From Octopus sinensis (Eukaryota), in assembly GCF_006345805.1 (NCBI RefSeq), contig NC_043005.1, positions 90,148,001 through 90,212,000 on the forward strand: 64,000 bases of DNA, in the 5' to 3' direction. Below are positions 44,120-55,441 of this stretch, piece after piece. Position numbers and translations under genes: made by a program. The notes beneath the pieces were generated by a model. That model was not told the DNA's origin. It was given only the letters and a program-made list of their open reading frames with translations, and ran no database searches. Position 1 is the stretch's first letter, and each line of letters opens with the position of its first letter.

Positions 44120-47100
44120 TATTGAAAGGCTGAAAGTATGATAGAGGGACAAGTACAGGTGTTTTGCAACAGAGGAGATAACATGGCTGAAGGAGATGAA
44201 AGGAAGGTAGTGATGAGGTGCAAGAGAAAACTCTCAAGGTACAAGGTGCAAAAGAGAACATGGACTGTGGATCATGGGAGGGGATGAGAGAAGAGAAGTG
44301 GATGCTTTCATAAAAGTGTGGGTGGGAGAGTAAACAGGTGGAGGTAAAAATGTATTGAGTGATGTACAAAGGTGGGGGGTGCAGATTTGAAATACCAATA
44401 TGGAGATGGGGAAGGAGGGAGATATAGGAATGGCTCAGAAAAGAGAACAGAAAGTAGTGGGATGATGTGCAGTTTACAGGTGGCAACTGACAGACTGTTC
44501 TGAGTCTCTGCAATGAGTTCAAGTTACACTAAGGTCAACATTGCCCTTTTATCTTTACTGGGGGTTGATAAAAATAAAGTGCCATCCAGGAAAACAGATT
44601 GGTGTAAATGTAAGAACCTCAGGCAGGATGTTTGGCAGTGTCTGTTCACATTCTCTGCACTTTGAGTTCAATTTTGCCTTCCAACTTTCTTTCCTTGCTT
44701 GCTCATGACAGCCCATCAAAGGTGATGATAGTGTCGACCCAAGACATTCATCCACCTCTGCCTCCAGCACATTGTTTCTCATAGGAGCAGACATGGCTGG
44801 AAAAGCTAATATATGACAAGCAAATCTTGTGGCACTGAAAGTGACCCTGAAAAATAGCTGTAGGGGACTGAAGATGTTTCCATCTCTCTTCATGCAGTCC
44901 CCTATTTGGTTTCAAAGTATTCTACTCCAGCAACACACACGCATCTCCATGCCTTCCAATAAAAAGGTACGAATCCAGGACAGTCACCAGCAGAGCTGTA
45001 AGAATGTTGGACGGAATACATTGGTTTCATCTCTTTACACAGAGCTCAAATCATACCATGGTAGACTTAACCAATCACCCAGCTTATAAACCACCACCTG
45101 ACATGTTCTTTAATAGAATTTATACTGTTGCAAACATTTGGGTCTGGTCTTCAGTTTGAGATTATCTCCTTCCCAACCATCTCAGAATCTTGTAACAGGT
45201 TAAGGATGCTACCATCTTCTCTAACGTTTACTTAGATAAGTTTAACTCTTTAGCACTTAGACCAGCCAAAATATTTTACCCATTTCATGCTCAAAGCAGT
45301 CAAATCCAGCTTCTCATACCTACCCTACAATATCATTCTAAAAATTAACAATCACATCGTTAAATCTCGAAGCTACACAATAATGTATGATAAATTCAAA
45401 ACAATGTCAAATAACCATTAGATTTAACAGAGTAATCTTAAGGCTATCATCTTAAGTAGTAGTGATGAAGCTTTTGTAGAACGATCTCTTTCATCGGCTG
45501 CTATTTTTACATAATGGCTTATTAGCCATAATTCTTTATACCACCAAGCATATACCTCGTTCTAGACTAGCACCCCACCACACACTTAGAATTAGAAGCA
45601 GTGATAAAGTTTTACATTATACTCTAGCTTATCACTAATAACAATTTATTACATTCTAATTCCAACAAAGGTATTTTTTTGAAAATCATTTTACATCCAT
45701 CTTCTATGCTGGCATGTCTTGGACAACCTGACAGGAGCTGGAAAGCTGCACTGGATGTTTTTACGGTTGGATGCCCTTTCTGACGCCAACCACTTTACAG
45801 AGTGCACTGGGTACTTTTTATGTGGCACCAACACCAGTGGTGTTCCCAAGTCACTTGAAAGGCAAAGACTTCTCAGCTGGGGGTGTTTAAAAAATTAAGT
45901 ATTGTACATGGTTAGAATTTTCCAAGAAAAATCAACCTTTCTCAACACCCGTTGCTTCCTTCTGAGTTCCCATTTAGAGTCCATTCTGTTAGAAGAATTT
46001 AGACCAAGACTCCAATGTGAGGACAACTCAGGACCCATAGTTTCTCTCTCCCTTTCTCTCACCAGTTTCCAAAACAATGCCTTTCCTCGTCAGACTAAGC
46101 CATTAATAAAAACGTAAAAAAAAAGCATTTATATATTTTTCTTTTTTACTGTAATTCTATCATTCTACACTTTTGTTTGTTTTTTTTCTTTCAAATTGTA
46201 ATTCTGCTCACTTCAAGTTTGGTCTACATGAATGAAAACAAGATTGAAACCAGCATTATTGCAAACATCCTATCCACTGATCCAAGTAAATGATTTAATC
46301 TGCTATAATAGAGAAAAATGGACAAGAGCTTTTACGTCGCTATATCAAAACATAGCTGGGGTTTTGATGGAAAGTTGCATAGAATAGACCATTGTTCTGC
46401 CCTGTGAAAATGTCTCGCATGAAGAAAAAGATAACTCGAGAACAAGCTTCATAAGAGGAATTAATTTGTACTAAAATAGGGTTTAACTTTGTAATGAATA
46501 CAGACTATTAAGCAGTAATGCAGTGCCTTCTCTAGTTAGGGTGGTTCGAGTGGCATTAATTTTTTAATTAGACTAAGTGAAAACATTCTCTCCTCTAAAT
46601 CTGTTTCTGTCCAATGGCAGAAAGAAATCAGGAAAAACATACATATATGAAAAAACTGTGGTAGGTGTGGAGCTTCTAGAACTCCTCCGGGAAATTCAGC
46701 GAATGACACCCACTGCAGGACAATGAAAGGTCGGAGAGATTTATACGCAAAAATAAGATGGCACCTAGAACTGCCTGAATTTTAGCATACAGACACTGAC
46801 TACAACCCAGGAAAAAATCTGCTGCGGAGGAACGATAACCTTTTTGAGAATTAATATTAATGTTGAAAATAAATGTATCAGAAGAAATGGCTATCAAATT
46901 GGGAGGGATTTTAAAAATGAGAGAAATATGGATACATAAACACACACACACACACAAATACGTTTTTATAAAAAATTGCGGGAAATCGCCAATGTTCCAA
47001 ATAAAAAAACATGTACATAAATATCCTTCCTTCACCTTATTACCCCCACCAAATATTGAAAATACTAAATCTAAAAAAAGATATTTTAACTCAATTCATT

Positions 47101-48029
47101 AAACTACCTATAAGTTAACCATTCGTGACAAAGATATTTATTTTCTTCTCCCGCTTCGTTTTTTTTTTTTTTATGTAGTAAATAAATAATTGAAGACATT
47201 AAATAAAATATAAAGTCAATAAATAGTTTTCGGGAATATTTTGAAGTGTATCAGCTTTAATGGATTTTAATGTTCTAAACATCAGCCGAGTCTAAATTTT
47301 TGGCAATTAATGCTTCATTATAAACACCCTAATTAGTAAATAAACAGTTGAAGACATTATATTGAAGTCCGCCAAATTAAATATTACTGAAATATTCTTT
47401 AGAAATCTTTTGTTTTGTTTATTGAGAGTTTTATATTCTAAAAGCACAAATGCTCCCAAAAGTTTTGCAACCGATATTTAATAGTAAACTTTTTTAATGC
47501 ATTGCTGAAATTTTCTCCTAAAGTAAAAAATGACTAAATATGCCTTATGCGTAAATGTTTAATAAAAATAATAGGAAATAACGGTGAGAACATATAAAAA
47601 ACAATTTTAAAGAGATTAATCACGATACTGTTTACAAAAAATTTAGTTTTTACGACTTTCTGGTAAATAACAAAAGTTATCCCAATTTGTTGAAAGTAAT
47701 TTTCCCCAACAAAATATCTCCAATTATTTAAAACTCCTTTTCAACAAAGCTCGAAGAAGCAACATTACATATATATATTAATATGATGTTAATTATATTT
47801 CCAGCTTCCATCTGAGATGATAGAAGTGAAGAGATAAAAGACTTTCGTTGATTCAGAAAATAATTTCTATTCATTTAACAAAACATAACACCAAAGGTCG
47901 GCCTTAACAAGGATAGGAAAAAAACACAGTCAAGTGAGTAATCTAAGTAAAATGCGAAGAAGTCGAATGACCAATAATGAAAATTGCTAATTAAGAATTA
48001 ATTATAACAAAAGATAACATAAAACTTAC

Positions 48030-48100
48030 GTGTAAATTAAATATACAAACGTTATACACGAACAAACCGACATAACTTGTCACATTACTTCCATGCTTGC
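48030..48100 (-). other. RIF1: Putative non-coding exon 1 of RIF1 (5' end approximate)
   Basis: Consensus donor AC|GTAAGT on the minus strand (intron starts at 48029), just downstream of E2F/CCAAT motifs. Exon 2 has a clear acceptor ahead of the ATG, so an upstream exon is needed. No transcript evidence. Confidence 0.5.
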
Positions 48101-48150
48101 TTTTCGCGGTAAAACAATATTCAGCGCCAATAAACTGAATATTTGATTGG
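48101..48150. promoter_or_regulatory. Putative RIF1 core promoter with an E2F site and two CCAAT boxes
   Basis: TTTCGCGG at 48102-48109 (E2F-type), CCAAT at 48127-48131 and ATTGG at 48146-48150, in non-repetitive, CpG-retaining sequence upstream of the gene. Confidence 0.5.
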
Positions 48151-48294
48151 TCAGAATCTGTCAGGTGACTTACGATCTACGCATGTGCTAGTAAATATAC
48201 TAATAAATGACGGTCACACATATATACACAAATATATGTAAACAGTTTAATATAAAGGGCATAACTGCAGTTTAGTGCTTCGTACTACTTAGAC

Positions 48295-48605
48295 TTCCTT
48301 TTTTCATAATTTTTCTTTAAATGCATATTATTTTTATGAAACGTTTCAGAAATACGACTTCGGGAGTATAGATAACGGATTACGCTGAATCTAGAATCTA
48401 GAAAGACCACTTTTAGAAGCGATTTAGATCATTCTCTACTCCTCCTTTGTTACCACAATTTACGTAGCTTTAGCGTTTTTTACATTTTTTTTTAGATTTC
48501 TATATTTGAAACATCAGCATTACATAATCTACGCTCTCGAAAACGTATTTCTTCAAAATATCATTTAAAAATATGCATTTTAAAGAAAGTTATGAGGAAA
48601 CAAAC
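48295..48605. mobile_element. Old fold-back/MITE-like element
   Basis: Imperfect ~95-bp inverted arms (about 48295-48390 vs 48505-48600). Confidence 0.5.
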
Positions 48606-48989
48606 TCGGAAGAGGAGGAATGATCCAAAATTCCTCCTATATAAAAAAAAAATTAATGTTATCAACCTAATCGAAGTGTATAACTTCAAAAACATATCTG
48701 CAAAATTCCATTAAAGAATAAAAGACATTTTTTTAGCAAGTTATAAGAAAACAAAGTCGGTAACAGCAGACACAACACTTGATGTGTCTAGACACGACAT
48801 ATATACTTAAAATTAACAGCTGAGCTATTCACGACTGTCGAATGGAGAAAGGGTTTGCCTGCGGCAAAACTTGGATTAGACTGTCAACTTTTTATACAAT
48901 AAACACGACTATTTAGTTTATCGAACAAATTGAGTTCAATATCAGATTATGTTTACACCCAGTTAAATGTTTCTAATAAGTTTTATCAC

Positions 48990-49109
48990 TTACATTACTT
49001 TCTTTCTATCTATCTATCTGCCTATCTCTGTCTATATATACGATTCACTGACATACATGCATGCATGCATACATACATACATACATACATACACAAATAC
49101 ATACGTACG

Positions 49110-49141
<32 letters not shown>

Positions 49142-49354
49142 CATACATACATACATAAATACATTAAATTTTTACAAAGAACTTGAGAAAGGAAATAGTG
49201 GAAAAGGATCTAGGAGCTTCCTATTTATCCTTATGAGAAAAAAAGATGTGAGTCTAGTTAGGTGTTAACTAAAGGCTGTAATGGTTATTTGAAAATAGAA
49301 GTGAAAGGGGTTTTTAGAGACGTTCCCTCAATAGCTGAGTAAGGAGATTAGAAA

Positions 49355-49435
<81 letters not shown>
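48990..49435. repeat. Microsatellites: (TCTA)n/(TACA)n 48995-49155 and (TA)n 49358-49434
   Basis: Directly visible. Other long tracts: (TG)n 25892-25932, (TA)n 36495-36538 and 37844-37940, (TC)n 51948-51998, mixed CA/TA 62220-62460. Confidence 0.95.
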
Positions 49436-49437
<2 letters not shown>

Positions 49438-49468
49438 CTTTATTTAAAAGCAGCAGAAATTCAACAAA

Positions 49469-49507
49469 ACCTGTTACTCGGAGCTTCATGTTTCCGTTCG
49501 TCGGACA
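49469..49507 (-). ncRNA. Degenerate minimal hammerhead-ribozyme-like motif
   Basis: The minus strand reads UGU-CCGACGA-ACG(GAAA)CAU-GAAG-CUC(C)GAG-UA-ACA. Type I topology with deviations from consensus. Confidence 0.45.
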
Positions 49508-49622
49508 TATACACACACACACATACATACAGATAGATAGAAAGATTCAGATCAATATGTTGCTTAAGTTGAGGCACCAGAATTTAGTACGGTATTATTC
49601 ATACAATTTCAAAATAAGGTGA

Positions 49623-50068
49623 TTAAAATCAAAATAAGCAACAAGGATATCCAGAGGTAATACAGTACAATCGTTTCAAGCAACTCCACTTAATTGAACA
49701 ATGCAACAATTACATCAATTTAAATGCAGAGCAATCCTCGGCTGCATAGAATTTAATTAAATTAAAACAGATGGACACATTAGTATACTTTTATCTAAAA
49801 CCTCCAAGAAGGTAAGGACATAGACAAAGAACATGCTGTCTTCACTTCAGCTTAGAAGCTACTCCTATCTCCTCACCTTCTTGGAGACTTTAGGTAAAAT
49901 TATACTAATGTGTCCATCTGTTTTAATTAAATTCTATGTCTTTATGCAGCTGAGGATTGCTCTGCATTTAAATTGATGTAATGATTGCATTGTTCAATTA
50001 AATGGAGTTGCCTGAAATGATCGTACTGCATTACCTCTCGATAGCCTTGTTGCTTATTTTGATTTTAT
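49623..50068. mobile_element. Fold-back element (~195-bp inverted arms), each arm with a hammerhead-like motif; possibly Penelope-related
   Basis: Arms 49623-49816 and 49873-50068 are reverse complements. The right arm reads AUGCAG-CUGAGGA-(long hairpin)-GAAA-UGAUCG-UA-CUGCAU (49944-50031). Confidence 0.6.
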
Positions 50069-50359
50069 ATATATATATAGTATTCGAAATGTATAGTATT
50101 AAACATCCATCACAGCTGATCTTACCAGTCGGTTTCGAGTGAAGAATACAAAGGAGTGTTAGGTAACAAACCGATTATATAACTTTACGCTCATCAGAGT
50201 TAGCGATATAGAAGGAAATATGGTGACTGCTCTCTATTCTATAGGAACAGAGAGCAGTCGCTCTGCTCCCTTCCATGTCACTTATTTGTTCCAGAGGAAA
50301 GAGTTATATCGACATCCCAGTTAGCAATGAGACCAACTGCAGTTAACGCCACTGTTTTA

Positions 50360-51160
50360 TTGATTACAATTCAATGGCTGCAAGTAAAACATGTTCAGGA
50401 AAAAGAAATCCAGAGAATAAGAAATGAGGAAACAGTTAGTGCGGGGCCTGAGAATGGAATGGACATAAAACGAATACAGAGAGACATCTGGATTCAGGAA
50501 TGCGTGGGTGGCGGTGACATGAAAAAAAAACCCAGCTGGTTTTAAGGAATAGATGCCAAAATAGTAGCGATAAAGTATTTTCTGACTCTAAACAGCCTGT
50601 ACCCAAAGTGTGGGGAGACATTTTTGGTGATCATGAGTTCGAGCACCTGAAGCTATCTTGTGGGTTCTAGTTGCAAGTTATTCGTATTCAGGGGAAAGGG
50701 CGGTAGTGTTTGCTTGATATGTGCAGGGTATTGAGTCCTATGGAGCGACACAAGACCATAAAAAATAACTCCATCCTGACAAAGGAAACAATTGACATGC
50801 CACCATTGGAGGAAGCACGAGAGGTCTCGCTCTGTAAGGGGAAGTATTGCAGGGGGCATCTAAGATGTATATATGTATGACGAAGGTGGAATAAGGATAG
50901 CATCATCCGGGCTGTCGGCAATGACGACAATTAGACTGGCAAGTTGAAGAGAAAGAGCAAAGGGGGTTATAACCTAACATTGGGGCACGCCATTCTTGAG
51001 TGTGAGTCAGAAAGAATTCTATCAACCGTTGCTGTGATAATGGGATCAACAAGAAGCCACGATCCAAAACATTAGTGTCAGGGGGAACCCAAGACACTCA
51101 CATGTCAGACACGGTCGAGTACTTTGTTGATGTTTTATGCAGCAATAGTGCTTACCTAAT
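50360..51160 (+). pseudogene. Decayed coding-like sequence, possibly a retroelement ORF1 remnant
   Basis: About 250 codons in one frame with scattered stops and higher GC than the flanks; family not identified. Confidence 0.25.
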
Positions 51161-51945
51161 AGTGATTGAATTTTTTTGCTTAGAGCAGAAACAATAGTGT
51201 CACGATAACGGTCAGTTAAATGTCAGTTAAGAGATCGTCCACTCGACTTGGGTCTCATGAGTGTAACTGATGGACCAAAGGCCAGCCTTGTCACACACTA
51301 TCACGCTGATTCTGCCTGAAAAGCGTCCGTTATGTGTATACGAATCTATGGAATACACCATCACTGGATCAATGAGCAGGAAGGTGAGTAATTCAAATAA
51401 TAGAATAATAACTGGATTGTTTAGGAGCGGAAAACAATAATGATGTAATTATTTGTTTTAGTCATCAACGAAAGGTTTTACAGAGTTACCTCACTTGAAA
51501 TGACGCAAATATAACGTTCAGCGATACAAGGGAGGTCACTGTGTTGTGTACCTGTAACTTATGGCAGTGGTGGATCTCCGTCGCTTGACAACGAAGATTC
51601 ATTCGTTCGATCAACTGTTTAAATTAATGTCTATGTGGCTGAACATTTCACAGATATACGTATCTTTAACGTAATTCTCAAACAGAATCAGCATGACACA
51701 GTGTGTGATTAACTATGCCTTCTGAATTACATGCATAATCCACCAATGGGCTTTTAAATAGTTTATGATTACAGATTACATTTGCCCCACGCCTTAGAAT
51801 CAAACCCGCGACCTTGTTGAGGCAAAGCGAATTTGACCAATCAGCCATGCTGCGCTTACACACTTAAATAACGACACTGTTTACTTTCAATCCCAAGTTT
51901 TTGACACGAAGCGAAGGATTGTTTTCATAAATCGTTTGTCTCGTA

Positions 51946-52002
<57 letters not shown>

Positions 52003-52033
52003 CCTCATAACAGATAACACATATGTATATGAT

Positions 52034-52263
52034 AAGGCGGCAAGCTGGCAGAAACGTTAGCACGCCGGGCGAAATGCTTAGCGGTATTTCGTCACCCGTT
52101 ACGTTCTGAGTTCAAATTCCGCCGAGGTCGACTTTGCCTTTCATCCTTTCGGGGTCGATAAATTAAGCACCAGTTACACGCTGGGATCGATGTAATCGAC
52201 TTAATCCCTTTGTCTGTCCTTGTTTGTTCCCTCTATGTTTAGCCATTTGTGGGCAATAAAGAA
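52034..52263 (+). mobile_element. Young family-B SINE with TSD
   Basis: Flanked by ATAACACATAT(GT)ATATGATA direct repeats (52014-52034 / 52264-52282); CpGs intact. Confidence 0.88.
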
Positions 52264-54159
52264 ATAACACATATATATGATAAATGAATGATACGAAATC
52301 ACATTGAAATACAAATCTTAAACAATAGTCACGATTCTCCCATAACAAGTTTTTACAAAAGAAAGACAAAGAAAAGGAAAAAGGGGAGAGAAAAAAGAGA
52401 AAGAAGAAAAGAAAGCACAATGAAATTTGAAAAAAGTGAAAATTATTATTATTGTAATTACGCAACATTATTTGATGTTACCTGCATTCTATATTCCAAC
52501 AATAAATCTACATCATGTTTGCAAACTTCATACATATAGTGCCTCTTTTCTGTTTGGCTGCACCTGTAGGAAATTTTAAGGTTTAGTGAAACATTTCAAA
52601 TCTGGTGTATTGATGTCATTTTCCACACTGAATCTCAAGGGCTGATTCACAATGAAACGCAAAGGCAACCTCGGCAAAATTTGAACTCAACGTATAGAGT
52701 TGCAAGAAATGCCCGTAAGCATTTTGTTGGGTGTGTTAAGGGTTTTGCTGGCTCGCCGCCTTTATAATTTAAATTAATGGCAACGATTTTGGTTTATATT
52801 GGAAATACAAGTAAAGAACGGCATCGTCAACGAAAATAAACAATAGAAAAGCAAGGATTAAAAAATTACCAGAAGATTATTTTAAATTTAGGTACCTCAG
52901 TTTAAAGGATCTTTTTTTGTAATCTTTCTATTTACGTAATGTAACAAAGGTATTTGCGTGGAAATTCGTATTTAATTTATCTCAGCTGGCCATAATAGAT
53001 ACAGGTTGTAACCATGATGAAGATATTACATGTCAAGGGGAAAATAATACAATAGGGACTACGGAACTCCTTTAATTTCTGTTCCCTTTTTTTCGTGATA
53101 AACGAAAAATAAAGCGATGTTTATTGAAGAACAAAATTGGTATGCAGCGATTCTAGCCATCCTAAATTTCATAAAATGCCTTTGGGTTATAGACAGTATG
53201 TGTTCATGTGGCTGTAGTTGAATGACTCTTATTTAAAATATAACTTTTCTGATGAAAATCAAACAAAAATTTCTTCGCTAAATTCTTGATACGGCTTCTG
53301 TTGCAAGGGAGATAACTTTGACTAACTAAGCGAAAACCTCAAACGCTTTTATGAAGTGTGGTTAGTGACAGGTTTTTCAACGGTCAATTTATGACTTACT
53401 GTATTTGAGTTGGCGGGTATTTGTTTGGTTTATGGTCATAAACTGGAAGTGGAAAAGTGCTATAAGCAATCAACATTGATATTTTTAAAGAACTGAAATT
53501 TTTAATTACGTTTTCTAGAATCGTAATCTCCATATTTTTTCACGTGGAATCTCCTGCTCCCCACCTCAGCACCCACATAACAATAAAACAATTTTCGGAA
53601 AATATTTCACACAAAAACTGGGCAGCGGAGTGAGGTGGGTGGGTGTCAGATGATTAAAAGTTTCAAAATGTAAAAAATTTAATTTTTTTAACAAAATATT
53701 CTTTCACAACTGTAATTTCCATGGTATGAAACTCAGGAATACTAGAAATTGAACGAAACAGTCAACCCAATTTCATGCCATTTCTGTTCTTCATGAAGTA
53801 GTGATAACGATCCTGAAAGTTTGCCTGTCAAAATTTGAAAATGGGTGTAATAATAAAAGTATACCAAAGTTTGAAAAGCTGCCACAAGAATACTCAAAGT
53901 TCTTGACTAATCTAAAAAATATTGTTTGCCTGGCATATTAACGGAGAGTTTATAAAGTATTTTGCACAAATCGATAATCCTTCAGTAATAACTGTGATGT
54001 GTGTGTGTGTGAGATCATCATCATCATCGTTTAATGTCTACTCTCCATGCTGGCATGGGTTGGATGAGTTGACATGGAGCTGACGAGCAGTGAGCTGTCC
54101 ATCCACGCTCCAACTGTCTGTTGTGGTATGATTTCTACAACTGGATGTGCTTCTTAATG

Positions 54160-54214
<55 letters not shown>

Positions 54215-54223
54215 ATGTATATA

Positions 54224-55062
54224 TCATCATCATCATCGTTTATTGTCCATTTTCCATGCTAGCATGGGTTGGACGGTTTTACCGGGGCCTGGGAAGCTAG
54301 GAAGCTGCACCAGGCACCAGTTTGATCTGGCAGTGTTTCTACAGCTGGATGCCCTTCCTGACGTCAACCACTCCATGAGTGTAGTGGGTGCTTTTTACGT
54401 GCCACTGGCACTGGTATCTTAACTATAATTTCCATTTGCTTTTCATTTTGATGTTGACGTACTTGACTCAATATGCCTCCTCAAGAATAGCGGGTGACTC
54501 TACAAACCAAGGTTATCACAGCAGGTTGTCCTGCGAGCCATGAACTCACTTCATTTGTCGGGTCTTCACAGTCACAGCATATCTCCAGAGGTCTCAGTCT
54601 TTCATCATTTCCTCTGTGAGGCCCGTGTCACCGGCACAGGTATCACAACTACAACATCCATTTGACTTTTATTTTGATGTTGATGTACTTGACTCAATAG
54701 GTCTTCTCAAGCACAGCAGGTCGCCCTACGATCCAAGGTTAGCATGGCAGGTCGTCCTTCAAGCCATGAACTCACTTCATTTGTCGGGTCTTCAAAGTCA
54801 CAGCATATCTCTAGAGGTCTCAGTCTTTCATCAACCTCTGTATGAAGGTCATGCTTGACCACCTCATCCCATGTCTTCCTGGGTCTACCTCTCCCCCGGA
54901 TTCCTTCAACAGTTTGGGAATGGCACTTCTTTACACATCTTTCCTCATCAATCTGTTGTACATGACCATACCAACGCAAACGTCTCTCCTGCACGCCACA
55001 TCCGATGCTTCTTATGTCCAGCATTTCTCTCAGGCTGAATCCAACATTTCTCTCTCTCTCTC
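54224..55062 (-). mobile_element. RTE LINE 3' end (ORF2 C-terminus + 3'UTR; two tandem diverged segments)
   Basis: ORF 54707..55078 reads VQERRLRWYGHVQQIDEERCVKKCHSQTVEGIRGRGRPRKTWDEVVKHDL. Confidence 0.85.
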
Positions 55063-55065
55063 TCT

Positions 55066-55441
55066 GAGCACCATACAAGTGTGATCGTTGACAGAGCGGC
55101 TAACCGGCTTCCGTGCCAGTGGCACATAAAAAGCACCAATTGAGTCTGATCATTACCAGCGTCAACTTACTGGCACTTGTGCCCGTGCTAGTAGGGTGCC
55201 AAGAGCACCATCCAATGTGATCGTTGCCAGAGCAGCCACCTGGCTTCCATGCCGGTGGCACGTAAAAAGCACCCACTACACTCTCGGAGTGGTTCGCGTT
55301 AAGAAGGGCATCCAGCTGTAGAAACTCTGCCAGATCAAGATTGGAGCCTGGTGCAGCCATCTGGTTCGCCAGCCCTCAGTGAAACTCGTCCAACCCATGC
55401 TAGCATGGAAAGCGGACGTTAAACAATGATGATGATGATGA
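55066..55441 (+). mobile_element. 5'-truncated RTE-LINE 3'UTR copy, head-to-head with the previous one
   Basis: Ends GGAAAGCGGACGTTAAACAATGATGATGATG. Confidence 0.82.

Noticed and set aside
44560-45250. ORFs 44555..44893 and 44829..45089
   Set aside because: Appear to be frames through a heavily decayed L2/CR1-like fragment; no coherent protein or splice structure.
46640-47000. Coding-looking stretch in RIF1 intron 1 (ORFs 46676..47035 and 46860..47102)
   Set aside because: Stops or frameshifts in all frames, no recognisable motif, and no compatible splice sites into exon 2.
53400-53510. TTGGCGGG, CTGGAAGTG and CACGTG motifs suggesting a second promoter
   Set aside because: Short motifs within what looks like old DNA-transposon-like sequence, with no identifiable first exon. 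Not enough to call.
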